Assembly (NCBI GenBank): GCA_963747695.1
Contig: CAVVFV010000012.1
Location: 26,659-90,658 of the forward strand
DNA length: 64,000 nt
Reading direction: 5' to 3'
Origin: Candidatus Falkowbacteria bacterium
GTDB lineage: Bacteria; Patescibacteriota; Patescibacteriia; Patescibacteriales; WJLG01
A program made the translations under genes and the position numbers. Numbering within the stretch: position 1 is the stretch's first letter; every line of letters starts with the position of its first letter. The notes below the pieces were generated by a model. That model ran no database searches, was not told the DNA's origin, and worked only from the letters and a program-made list of their open reading frames with translations. This document shows positions 28,778 to 38,446 of the stretch, piece after piece.

Positions 28778-29887
28778 ATGTTCAGTTCTAATAAATTTAA
28801 GAAATATTTCCGTATCGCTCGGAAGAAGATCGGCAATCAGATTAAAGTCGGGATATTTTTGCGTACCGGATATTTCTTGCCGGTTCCGCAAAAAGTTTAT
28901 TATACCGTTTCCGACAAGTGCAATTTCCAGTGCCAGATGTGCGTCCAATGGCAGCGCGGCAAAAGTGAATCTTTAGCGACTCATATCAGTGAGGCGCGGA
29001 TGAAAGAACTGATCGACGAGATGGCCGAAGCGGGCGTCAGCGAATTCGGGATTTCCGGCGGCGAGCCGATGATCTTCCGGGAAAAGGTTTTCGAGCTTTT
29101 GGAATATGCCAACCGGAAAGGTTTATATACTCACTTCGTCACCAACGGCAGCCTCTTAACCCGCGAGCTGATGGATAAATATGAAAGCATCGGCGGCGGA
29201 CACATTTCGCTTTCGGTCGACGGCATCGGTGCGGCCCACGATAAGCTGCGCGGCGTTCCCGGCGCTTTTGCCGGCGTGGAAAAAGTTCTGCATAATTTCC
29301 GCGAGGGTAATTATCAGAATATCAATTTGAAGATCAATACGGTTTTATCAAATAAAAATTTGGACGAAGTCATTAATATCGCTAAACTGGCGATCGAAAA
29401 TAAGGCGCTGTTTTTCCTTCAGCCTTATGAGATTTACGACTTCGGTCATCAATATACTCCGGAAGAGAGAGAAGCGAATTTTTCTTTGTGGGTGAAGAAG
29501 GAAAATTATCCCAGGCTGAAAAACGTCTTGGCCGAATTGATCGCGCTCAAAGAAAAATATCCGGCGGTGATTTTGAATGAAAAAAAGCATTTAGAAGATA
29601 TGTATGATTATTTCACCGCTTACCTCGGCAAGCGGAAATGCTATGCCGGTTTGGATAATCTCTCCATCAACCAAGAGGGGAAAGTAACTTTCTGTAAATT
29701 CGGCGAACTGGCTGATTTAAAAGTTATGAGCTTGAAAGAATTTTTATCCAGCCCGAAAAGACTTTCGATCGTCAAGGCGAGCTTAGCTTGCCAGCACGGC
29801 TGCCTGATCGGCTGTATGTATCGCCCCGGATTGAAAGAAATGCTTATCAACGGCCCGAAACAGTTTTGGCGCTTGATCAAGAGTTAA
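28778..29887 (+). CDS. Radical SAM enzyme with C-terminal Cys-rich SPASM/twitch-like domain
   Basis: CNFQCQMC (Cx3Cx2C) near N-terminus; C-terminal Cys cluster CYAG..C..C..C..GC..C. Confidence 0.75.
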   Translation: MFSSNKFKKYFRIARKKIGNQIKVGIFLRTGYFLPVPQKVYYTVSDKCNFQCQMCVQWQRGKSESLATHISEARMKELIDEMAEAGVSEFGISGGEPMIFREKVFELLEYANRKGLYTHFVTNGSLLTRELMDKYESIGGGHISLSVDGIGAAHDKLRGVPGAFAGVEKVLHNFREGNYQNINLKINTVLSNKNLDEVINIAKLAIENKALFFLQPYEIYDFGHQYTPEEREANFSLWVKKENYPRLKNVLAELIALKEKYPAVILNEKKHLEDMYDYFTAYLGKRKCYAGLDNLSINQEGKVTFCKFGELADLKVMSLKEFLSSPKRLSIVKASLACQHGCLIGCMYRPGLKEMLINGPKQFWRLIKS

Positions 29888-29956
29888 TTCTAGCCAATTT
29901 TAAGGATATTAAATACCGCGATTTAATGAATAATTAAGCCGCGGTTTTAGTTTTTA

Positions 29957-29985
29957 TTGACAATTTATTTGAAATGTGATATAAT
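29957..29985 (+). promoter_or_regulatory. Consensus sigma70-like promoter (TTGACA-17-TATAAT)
   Basis: ttgaca atttatttgaaatgtga tataat, 60 nt before gene 30047. Confidence 0.65.
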
Positions 29986-30046
29986 GTTTTGTTGCTCTTT
30001 TTGATAATATTCTGTTAATTTTAAACCTTAGTGAGAGGAGTCTTGC

Positions 30047-30322
30047 ATGTTTTCACGTCTTTACCCTATCGCCATTGCCGTCTTTCTTTCCCTTTTTCTG
30101 ATTAGCTCCACTAATGCCGCAACGCCGGACAGCACAAAATCGGTCAAGACTTACTATCCGATTCAAAGAGCGGTACGCTTTCAGACCAACGATGTCGACG
30201 TAAAAATAAATAATTTTCTCGCTGACAATCCGATATACAAAAAAGTTGTTCTGATCGCCCGGTATGGAGGAGAGGTTAACTCTTCAGAGCATGAAACGTT
30301 AATCGTAATTTTTTCTAAGTAG
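30047..30322 (+). CDS. Small secreted hypothetical protein (91 aa) with own promoter and terminator
   Basis: RBS gaggag; signal peptide IAIAVFLSLFLISSTNA. Confidence 0.45.
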   Translation: MFSRLYPIAIAVFLSLFLISSTNAATPDSTKSVKTYYPIQRAVRFQTNDVDVKINNFLADNPIYKKVVLIARYGGEVNSSEHETLIVIFSK

Positions 30323-30361
30323 GTGGGCGATAACACTACCACAAAGGATCAATTACTCTGA

Positions 30362-30395
30362 GGCGCCGAAACCAATTCGGCGCCAATTTTTTTTG
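30362..30395 (+). terminator. Rho-independent terminator
   Basis: GGCGCCGAAaccaaTTCGGCGCCaatttttttt. Confidence 0.85.
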
Positions 30396-30531
30396 GCTAA
30401 ATCAACTAAAAAAAAAGGCGTAAAAAATTGCGTATTGACATTTTGTTTAATTTATGATAACGTGGTCTGTTCTGGTTTGATCATTATATATTGGAAAAAT
30501 CAATAATCATTTCTCTCAAGGAGGATCGAAA

Positions 30532-31647
30532 ATGCGCATTTTAAAGGCGGGAATCTTGATCTACGCGGCGTCGCTGATCGGCTGTTGCGGTCTGGCCCAA
30601 GTCAGGCTGCCGGAAAACCCGAAGATCGCGGCCTATTGGACTTCGCCGACGATGTCTCTGGAAGAAGCTGATTCGCTGGCCAAATTTCATCTGGTCATTG
30701 CCGATATGGAAAATATCGTCAACAATCGGCCAAGTCTGGTACAGTTGAAAAAGCGGAATCCCGAAGTGAAACTATTATGCTACTCCAATCCGATGGAGCT
30801 GTTCGAATTGAATGTCCTGGAAGCCGACCGGCCTTTGCAAAAAGAAGTTTATCAGGAGGTCGTCACCAACCGTTCCGGCTATTGGCTCTTGCAGCCATCC
30901 GGCGAACACGTGGTCTTCTGGAATCAGATGAAGATGATGAACTTGAGTACCAATTGCCCGGTCATCAACGGCGAAAAGTATAATCAGTTCATCGCGAAGT
31001 TTTTGCTGACCCGGGTTTTGAATGACAAGATCTGGGATGGCTACTTCGAAGACAACGCGACCGGGAATGTTTCCTGGATCGGTTCGCGCGGCGAGAACAA
31101 GGGCATTGATGCCGATAACGATAGCAGCAATGACGTTCCTGAAGTTCTTGATTCGGTTTGGTATGAAGGCGTGCACGAATTCATTTCGGCGATCCGCCAA
31201 GCCAAGGGTCCGAAATTTATTTTGATCGGGAACAAGGGTTCACGCGATTTCCTCGATGTCTTCGACGGGAAGATGTTCGAGGAGTTCCCTGATAATTATC
31301 TGGGAGATAAAAAGGCGAATGGCTGGTATCAGTGCGAAAGCAATTACCGCCAGACCGGACCATTTACGATCATCCAGGCCAAGCAGATCTGCAATGACCC
31401 GGCGCATCGGCTCTTCGTTCTGGCGAGCGCCTTGATGGGTGATGGTTATTACGCCTATGGCCAGGATTTATTCCGGTATTTTCCGGAATATAGCCGGGAC
31501 GTGGGCAAGCCGCTTGGTCCGCCGGAGGAAAAAGGATCATTTTGGGAGAGAAAATTCAGCAAAGCAAATGTGCGCGTGTTCCCCGAAGAAGAAAGGGGAG
31601 AAATAGAGTATCTGTCTGCTCCGCTGACCGATCTTTTCCAGAAGTAA
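30532..31647 (+). CDS. Putative lipoprotein (lipobox LIGC), hypothetical extracytoplasmic enzyme
   Basis: MRILKAGILIYAASLIGCCG signal/lipobox; 371 aa; no domain recognised. Confidence 0.45.
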   Translation: MRILKAGILIYAASLIGCCGLAQVRLPENPKIAAYWTSPTMSLEEADSLAKFHLVIADMENIVNNRPSLVQLKKRNPEVKLLCYSNPMELFELNVLEADRPLQKEVYQEVVTNRSGYWLLQPSGEHVVFWNQMKMMNLSTNCPVINGEKYNQFIAKFLLTRVLNDKIWDGYFEDNATGNVSWIGSRGENKGIDADNDSSNDVPEVLDSVWYEGVHEFISAIRQAKGPKFILIGNKGSRDFLDVFDGKMFEEFPDNYLGDKKANGWYQCESNYRQTGPFTIIQAKQICNDPAHRLFVLASALMGDGYYAYGQDLFRYFPEYSRDVGKPLGPPEEKGSFWERKFSKANVRVFPEEERGEIEYLSAPLTDLFQK

Positions 31648-31653
31648 TCTTCG

Positions 31654-31691
31654 GTGCCAGGCAGAGGAAATCCTCTGTCTGGCACTTTTTC
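31654..31691 (+). terminator. Rho-independent terminator
   Basis: GTGCCAGGCAGAGGAaatCCTCTGTCTGGCACttttt. Confidence 0.85.
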
Positions 31692-31744
31692 ATTTAAAAT
31701 TAGATATGTTATGATAATTAAAGCGGTCGTTTATTCATTAAAAA

Positions 31745-33160
31745 ATGCTTAATTTAAAATTACCAGAAAATAATAAAAATGTTGCCTGGCTGGTGATCGG
31801 CTGTTTGGCGGTTTTATTTTTGGCGGCGATGCTCTTGGCGCCCAGCCATCCGTCGCTGCTTTGGGTCATTGCCGTCCTCGGTTTTTTCGTCTTGCTTTGG
31901 AAAAAACCGCAATACGGTTTGTATCTGATGGCTTTTTTTCTGCCGGTTATCGGCTGGAATTTTAATTTTGTCGCGCTGAAAAATTTGGAAATTCCTTTCA
32001 TCGATCTGCTCTCGCTGGCCGTTTTCACCGCCTTTCTGCTCAAAACGCTTTATTTGTTGTTTTTCGACCGGAAAAAATTCCGTTTGAAATTTTCTTTATT
32101 GATCCCATTCTTATTTTTTTTCGCGAGCGTCACCGTTTCCAATCTTCTTTCCGATCAGGTGCTTTTGAACATCTGGTATTCGGTGCGCAATGTTTTGTTT
32201 TTTTATCTGATCTATCTGGTGATGCCGGTGAATATCATCAAGAATGAAAAGATTTTGAAAAATACTTTGCTCTGTTTCGCCGCTTCCGGCCTGGCTACCG
32301 CCGTGATGGGGGTGGTTTCCATCTTCGGCCAGGACTGGCATTATCAATTCGTCCGTTTTATGGATGTGCCGATTTTCGGGGTTTATCCGCTGGGCAATAA
32401 TCATAATCTCTTGGCGGAAGTTTTGATCGTGACGATATTTTTCACCCAAGCTTTGAAATATTGGTATCGCTCGGCTCGGGCCGGCCGCGTCATTAATCTC
32501 TTGTCGATATTTCAAGTTTTGGTTTTGTTGGGAACTTTTTCCCGCGCCGCCTGGATCGCCCTGGCCGCGCAGGTGATCCTTTTTCTGGCTTATACCGATA
32601 AAGCGACGCGCCGCCGCTGGCTGGTGGTTTTATTTTTTTGCGTCATCTTATTGTCGCCGCTGGCGCTTTATATGTACCGGCTGCAGAGTGAATTTTCGAT
32701 CGGCGGCAGCTCGACTGAGAATCGCCTGATTATGACGGAAATCGCTTGGGATAAATTCATTGAAAGGCCGATCTTCGGTTATGGGAGCGGCCAGTTCGTC
32801 AATCTGATCGGAGACGACATCCGCTTCATCGCCAAATACGGCGCGCCGCTTGATTCGCACGGCGTCTGGCAGAAGATCTTGGCTGAGAACGGTTTGTTCG
32901 GCGTTTTTACCTTTGCCTTATTTTTTGGCAGCATCCTGGTGGTCTTTCACCGGACGCTCCAGCGGAAATGGGCCGAGCGGGAATTGCTGCTGCCGATTTT
33001 TTTGGGCGGCGTGGGAATGTTCGTCATCCAATTTTTCAATACTTCTTATTATAAGGGAAAGTTATGGCTGCCCATCGCTTTAGGCTTGGCGGCGATCAGC
33101 CTGGCCCGCGAAAAAGCCCGGGCGAAAAATAAGAGCCAGCTTGATAAATTGCTTTCTTGA
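31745..33160 (+). CDS. O-antigen ligase / Wzy-like polytopic membrane protein
   Basis: About 10-12 TM helices; SRAAWIALAAQVILFLAY segment typical of Wzy_C/O-antigen ligase family. Confidence 0.55.
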   Translation: MLNLKLPENNKNVAWLVIGCLAVLFLAAMLLAPSHPSLLWVIAVLGFFVLLWKKPQYGLYLMAFFLPVIGWNFNFVALKNLEIPFIDLLSLAVFTAFLLKTLYLLFFDRKKFRLKFSLLIPFLFFFASVTVSNLLSDQVLLNIWYSVRNVLFFYLIYLVMPVNIIKNEKILKNTLLCFAASGLATAVMGVVSIFGQDWHYQFVRFMDVPIFGVYPLGNNHNLLAEVLIVTIFFTQALKYWYRSARAGRVINLLSIFQVLVLLGTFSRAAWIALAAQVILFLAYTDKATRRRWLVVLFFCVILLSPLALYMYRLQSEFSIGGSSTENRLIMTEIAWDKFIERPIFGYGSGQFVNLIGDDIRFIAKYGAPLDSHGVWQKILAENGLFGVFTFALFFGSILVVFHRTLQRKWAERELLLPIFLGGVGMFVIQFFNTSYYKGKLWLPIALGLAAISLAREKARAKNKSQLDKLLS

Positions 33161-33166
33161 GCTAAT

Positions 33167-34255
33167 ATGAATAAAGTTAAAGTTTTGCATATTATTCATG
33201 CTCTTCATGGCGGCGGCGCCGAAAGATTCGCCGTGGCTTTGGTGAAAAATTTGGATCGCGATAAATTCGAAGCCGAGGTGGTCTGCTTGCGCGATGAAGG
33301 TAATTGGCGGAAAGAATTAAATGACCGGGGAATAAAAATCACGGTGCTGGGCGGCATCCGCGGCTTATCTTTTTTGAGTTTTTTCAAATTATGGCGGGCG
33401 GTGAAAAATTCCGCTCCCGCCATCGTCCATACTCATCTTTTCTGGGGGGATTTTTTCGGCCGGATCGCGGCGAAACTGGCCGGCGTCAAAATCATCGTTT
33501 CCACCGAACAGAATCTTAATTATTCCGAAGGATTGCTGAAGCGGCTGGGTAAGATGATGACCGCCCGGTTAGCGAACGTTATTGTCGCTATTTCGCTCGC
33601 GGTAAAGAATTATGCTATGCAGAACGAAGGAGCGAAAGAAAAACAGATCGTCATAATCCCCAATGGCTTGGAAGTTGAAAAGTTTTTGAATAATTCCCGC
33701 GCTTACGATCAAGATAACCGCGAGTTGCTGATCGGTTCGATCGGCCGCCTGGTTCGGCAAAAAGGTTTTGATTGTTTGATCAGGGCGATGGCCGGAGTTT
33801 CCGGTCAAGTAAAATGCCTAATCGCCGGCGAGGGGGAAAAGAGAACTGAATTGCAAAAATTAATCGACCGATTAAAACTGGCCGAAAAAGCCAAGTTGGT
33901 CGGCTGGCAGGATGATGTCAAAAAATTCCTCGACGGATTGGATATTTTCGTTCTGCCGTCGCGCTGGGAAGGATTGGGAATGGTTATTTTGGAAGCCGGA
34001 CTGGCCGGGTTGCCGGTGATCGGCAGCAAGGTCGATGGCATTGCCGAAATCATCGCTGACGGCGAAGATGGATTATTGTTTGAGTCGGGAAATGCCGCTG
34101 AGCTGGCCGAAAAAATAAAAAGTTTGCGGGACGATCAATCGGAACGGATGCGCTTGGGGAAAAATCTTCAGAAAAAAGTCGCGGCGGATTATTCCATTGA
34201 GCGGATCACACGGCAGTATGAAGCGTTATATTTTAAGATTTTGGGCAGCCGATAA
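33167..34255 (+). CDS. Glycosyltransferase family 4 (GT-B)
   Basis: N-terminal VLHIIHALHGGGAE; C-terminal EGLGMVILEAGLAGLPVIGS. Confidence 0.8.
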   Translation: MNKVKVLHIIHALHGGGAERFAVALVKNLDRDKFEAEVVCLRDEGNWRKELNDRGIKITVLGGIRGLSFLSFFKLWRAVKNSAPAIVHTHLFWGDFFGRIAAKLAGVKIIVSTEQNLNYSEGLLKRLGKMMTARLANVIVAISLAVKNYAMQNEGAKEKQIVIIPNGLEVEKFLNNSRAYDQDNRELLIGSIGRLVRQKGFDCLIRAMAGVSGQVKCLIAGEGEKRTELQKLIDRLKLAEKAKLVGWQDDVKKFLDGLDIFVLPSRWEGLGMVILEAGLAGLPVIGSKVDGIAEIIADGEDGLLFESGNAAELAEKIKSLRDDQSERMRLGKNLQKKVAADYSIERITRQYEALYFKILGSR

Positions 34256-34261
34256 TCATTT

Positions 34262-35494
34262 ATGAAAATTCTCTTGATAAATAAATTTCATTATTGCCGC
34301 GGCGGAGCCGAGCGGGCGTATTTTGATCTGGCCAAAATTTTAACCGATCACGGCCACGAAGTCGCATTTTTTTCGATGCGGCACCCGTTGAACCTGCCGA
34401 CCAAATGGTCAAAATATTTCATTGACAACGTCGATTATTTCGACCAGAAGTTGAGTTGGGGAAAAAAGATAATCGCCGTATTTAATTTTTGGTATAATTT
34501 CCAGGCGGCGCGAAGACTGCGCGCCTTATTGAAAGAATTCCGGCCCGACGTCGCCCATCTCCATAACATCTATCATCAGCTTTCGCCTTCGATAATCGAC
34601 GTGCTCGCCCGCGAGAAGATCCCGATGGTCATGACTTTGCACGATTATAAGCTGGTCAGCCCTAACTATAAATTGCTGGCGCGGGGCGAAGTTTGGGAAA
34701 GAAGCAAGCCGGATAAGTTTTATCGCTGCCTGATTGATAAGTGCGTGGAAGACAGCTATGCCTGGAGTTTGATCTGCACGATTGAAGCTTATCTGCACCG
34801 GCTGCTGAAGATTTATCAAAAAATCAACCTGTTTATTTCACCAAGCAAATTTTTACAGGATAAATTCAAAGAATACCGGTTCCGGTCCGAGATCGTTTAT
34901 CTGCCCAATCCGATTTTTTTGGATCAGTCGACGTTAAGCGGCGGCCAACCGGACGGAGATAAATATATTTTATATTTTGGACGATTGAGCCGCGAAAAGG
35001 GGATCGTCGATCTGTTGCGCGCCCACAGCCGGCTGGAGACAAAAATCAAGCTGAAGATCGTCGGCGCCGGTCCGCAAATGGCGGAGCTGCAAAAAATAGT
35101 CGCTGAGGAAAAATTTTCCCACGTCGAATTATTAGGATATCAGGCCGGCGACGAACTTTGGCGGCAAGTCCGCGGCGCTGAAACCGTGATCGTTCCGTCG
35201 CGCTGGTACGAGAACGCGCCTTATAGCGTGATCGAAGCTATGGCGATGGGGAAGGTTGTCATCGCCTCCAATTTTGGCGGACTGACCGAATTGATCGACG
35301 ACGGGACAACCGGTTTTCTTTTTAAGCCGGGCGATGTCGCTGATTTGCAAACTAAAATAGATTTTATTTTATCTCATCCGGAATTGAAAGAATCGATCGG
35401 CGCCCGCGCGGCGGCGGCGGTCAAAGCGAAAAATGATCCGGAAATATTCTATCAAGCCGTCTTGGCTCTCTATCAGCGGCTCGCCAAAGTGTAA
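34262..35494 (+). CDS. Glycosyltransferase family 4 (GT-B)
   Basis: ENAPYSVIEAMAMGKVVIASNFGGLTELIDDGTTGFLF. Confidence 0.8.
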   Translation: MKILLINKFHYCRGGAERAYFDLAKILTDHGHEVAFFSMRHPLNLPTKWSKYFIDNVDYFDQKLSWGKKIIAVFNFWYNFQAARRLRALLKEFRPDVAHLHNIYHQLSPSIIDVLAREKIPMVMTLHDYKLVSPNYKLLARGEVWERSKPDKFYRCLIDKCVEDSYAWSLICTIEAYLHRLLKIYQKINLFISPSKFLQDKFKEYRFRSEIVYLPNPIFLDQSTLSGGQPDGDKYILYFGRLSREKGIVDLLRAHSRLETKIKLKIVGAGPQMAELQKIVAEEKFSHVELLGYQAGDELWRQVRGAETVIVPSRWYENAPYSVIEAMAMGKVVIASNFGGLTELIDDGTTGFLFKPGDVADLQTKIDFILSHPELKESIGARAAAAVKAKNDPEIFYQAVLALYQRLAKV

Positions 35495-35628
35495 TTTTTA
35501 TAATTTTTTGCCGTTTAAGTTAAGGGTTGGCAGTGCGGCGAAGAGTTGGTAAAGAAGCTTTAAAATGTTGTTAAATTTGGCTAATCAAGGCCAATTTTTT
35601 GGAGTATTAATCCAACGCCCAAAAAGCA

Positions 35629-35657
35629 TTGACATTTATTATCATTTATGCTACTAT
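35629..35657 (+). promoter_or_regulatory. Putative sigma70-like promoter (TTGACA-17-TACTAT)
   Basis: ttgaca tttattatcatttatgc tactat. Confidence 0.45.
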
Positions 35658-35705
35658 CATAGGATTATCTAATTTATATTTATTATTTAAAAGACCATAC
35701 AATCT

Positions 35706-36974
35706 ATGAAAAAAGTTTTGATTATCGCTGTTTTGTTCGCCGTTTTGGGTGCTGCGCTTTTGATGCAGCCGACTGCCGGCAAAACCAAACCTTATTACTC
35801 CGGCAAGACCGTGAGTTATAACGGAACGTTTTATGTCGGTACCGTCAACACCGGCAACTTTGAGCTGTTCGCTTTAACCAATGGCCAGCTCGCTAAGGTG
35901 ACTTCCATTCAATCGCTCGATATGGGCTACCAGAATTTTGGCGATCTGCTTTTTGATCAAGCCGACGGCAATCTTTACGTCTATCTGGTCAATGGCCGTT
36001 ACTTGTACAAGTATGACATTTCCAATCCGGAAATTCCGGCGGTTTTGTTCAAGATCAAAGACAATTCCGGAGATTGGTTCGCCCGCGTCGAAATGGTCAA
36101 TGGTAATCTGGTTACCATCGGCAGCAAGGGCATCAAGGTCTGGAACCAGAATATGCAGGTCATCAATGCTTACGCGATGATCAACAATATGTCTTCCGGA
36201 GATTCCCAATTCGTCGATAATGGACAAATGCTTATCTCGATGAACGATAAATTGGATGTTTACAATACCGCTTCCCGCCAAAAAGTTTCCGAGTATTCCA
36301 TCGCTACGACTGATGCCAACACCACCCGGGCGATCACCAGCGATGATAATCTGATCTATCTGGTCGATGACCAGTCCTTGAAGGCGGTTAATTTTTCGGG
36401 ACAGGTCGTGAATCAATTCACCCATGCCGGGACGACCGGCTATGACGTGATCGATTCGACCGACCCCAATTATCTTTATTTCTCCGACGGTCTCGGTATC
36501 GTCAAAGTCGATAAGGAAACCCTTAAGCCCGTTAGCTGGGATTGGACCACGAACTCCGGTCCGGCCGGAAGCTGGGCGATGGGAATCAGCTCCGCCAATG
36601 ATACCACTGGCGAAAAGATCGCGATCTTCAACGGTTCGAATATCATGGTACTTGATCAAAATATGAAGACCGTCGCCACTTACCAATCAGTGGAAAAAGA
36701 TACCCGTCCTGCTGCTCCGTTAAGCTTGAACATCGACCGGAATTTCGCCGCGGCTAATTCACAGGTCAATATCAGCGGCACCGGTTTCGCCCTGGGTGAA
36801 GCTTTGCAGGTCAAATTCGACAAGATAGTAGTTGCTGAAGTCAAAGCCGACGATAGCGGCAGTTTTACCGCCGTGATCACGGTTCCGAATGTTAAAGGTC
36901 CGCTCAATACTGATATCAAGGTCACGGGTGAAAGCTCCAAACTGACCTACAGCACTTCATTCAAAATTGAATAA
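35706..36974 (+). CDS. Secreted beta-propeller-like protein with C-terminal Ig-like domain
   Basis: Signal peptide; repeated LYVYLVNGRYLYKYD-type blades; C-terminal beta-sandwich. Confidence 0.45.
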   Translation: MKKVLIIAVLFAVLGAALLMQPTAGKTKPYYSGKTVSYNGTFYVGTVNTGNFELFALTNGQLAKVTSIQSLDMGYQNFGDLLFDQADGNLYVYLVNGRYLYKYDISNPEIPAVLFKIKDNSGDWFARVEMVNGNLVTIGSKGIKVWNQNMQVINAYAMINNMSSGDSQFVDNGQMLISMNDKLDVYNTASRQKVSEYSIATTDANTTRAITSDDNLIYLVDDQSLKAVNFSGQVVNQFTHAGTTGYDVIDSTDPNYLYFSDGLGIVKVDKETLKPVSWDWTTNSGPAGSWAMGISSANDTTGEKIAIFNGSNIMVLDQNMKTVATYQSVEKDTRPAAPLSLNIDRNFAAANSQVNISGTGFALGEALQVKFDKIVVAEVKADDSGSFTAVITVPNVKGPLNTDIKVTGESSKLTYSTSFKIE

Positions 36975-37121
36975 TATTTTTCAAGTTCTTATAAATTTCT
37001 CATCTGTCCGCGGACAGGTGGGAAATAATAAGAAAATTGAATAATAGTTACTTAGTTGTCTTGCTGGCCAAGATAAATCGAATCCCAAACTAATTAACCA
37101 ATTAACTAATTCACTAATATA

Positions 37122-38294
37122 ATGAAAATCGCCATAATCGGACAAAAAGGAATTCCCAGCCGTTCGGGCGGGATCGAAAAACACGTGGAAGATCTGTCGG
37201 TCCGCTTGGTTAAGGCTGGTCATGAAGTTTATGTCTATACCCGTCCCAATTATACCGATAAAAATTTGCAAGAATTCCAAGGCGTGAAATTAGTGTCATT
37301 GCCTTCGATCGCTACCAAGCATTTGGACGCGATCTCTCATACTTTTCTGGCTTGTCTCGATGTTGCCAAACGGGATGTCGATGTGATCCATTTCCATTCC
37401 ATCGGTCCGTCGTCCTTAATTTGGCTGATGAAAATTTTGAAACCGGGCGTGCCGATTGTCGCGACTTATCACAGCCCTTGCTATAAGCATCAGAAATGGG
37501 GACTGTTCGCCAAAGCTTATCTTAAATTCGGCGAATTTTTCGCTTGCCGCGTGGCCGATAAGACCATCGCTGTCTCTAAAGTTTTGAAAGAATTCGCCGC
37601 CAAGCAATACGGCCGCGTTCCCGAATATATTCCCAATGGCGTGGTGGAAGGAAACAATACCGCGGCTAAGAATATCAAATATTTCGGTCTGAAGAAAGAC
37701 GGCTACATTCTCGCCGTGGGCCGGTTAGTGAAGCACAAGGGTTTTGAATATTTAATTAAAGCTTTCCGCAACGTGAAAACCGACAAGAAATTGGTCATCG
37801 CCGGCGGCAGCGCTTTCACGGATAAATATGTTCGCCGTCTGCAGGATTTGGCGGCCGGCGATAAGCGGATCGTTTTTACCGGCGCGCAGACCGGCCGGAC
37901 TTTGGCGGAACTTTTTTCCAACGCCTATCTTTTCGTCCAGCCGTCCGAATCGGAAGGCTTGTCGATCGCTTTGCTGGAAGCGATGGCTTACGGCAAGGCC
38001 ACTTTGGTTTCGGATATCCCGGCCAACCGCGAGGCGATTTCTTACACCGGTTATACTTTCCGCAATATGAATGTCGCCGATCTGACCGGCAAATTGAACG
38101 GCTTGTTGCGCAATCCGGAAATCGTCAGCGCCATGGGTGAGATGCAGAAAAAAAGAGTGTTGAAAGAGTATGATTGGGAAGCGATCGTTCGGAGTACTGA
38201 AAAAGTTTATCATGCCGCGCTGCAGAAAAAACCGGTAGTGATCAAAGTCCGCAAGCTGAAATTCGCGCAAAGATTTTTGAATATATTCTTTTAA
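37122..38294 (+). CDS. Glycosyltransferase family 4 (GT-B)
   Basis: MKIAIIGQKGIPSRSGGIEKHVEDL; ESEGLSIALLEAMAYGKATLVSDIPANRE. Confidence 0.8.
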   Translation: MKIAIIGQKGIPSRSGGIEKHVEDLSVRLVKAGHEVYVYTRPNYTDKNLQEFQGVKLVSLPSIATKHLDAISHTFLACLDVAKRDVDVIHFHSIGPSSLIWLMKILKPGVPIVATYHSPCYKHQKWGLFAKAYLKFGEFFACRVADKTIAVSKVLKEFAAKQYGRVPEYIPNGVVEGNNTAAKNIKYFGLKKDGYILAVGRLVKHKGFEYLIKAFRNVKTDKKLVIAGGSAFTDKYVRRLQDLAAGDKRIVFTGAQTGRTLAELFSNAYLFVQPSESEGLSIALLEAMAYGKATLVSDIPANREAISYTGYTFRNMNVADLTGKLNGLLRNPEIVSAMGEMQKKRVLKEYDWEAIVRSTEKVYHAALQKKPVVIKVRKLKFAQRFLNIFF

Positions 38295-38446
38295 TATCGT
38301 CACTCATTCTCAACCGCCGGTAAAACGGTTGAAAGATGAGCCGGAGATGTTTTCAGCGTAAAATATTTCCGGCCCATCTTCCCGAAACCAAAGGGATCAA
38401 TGGATGTCCTTATTCAACTTATCCACCTTTTAGAAAGGGGGGCTCA

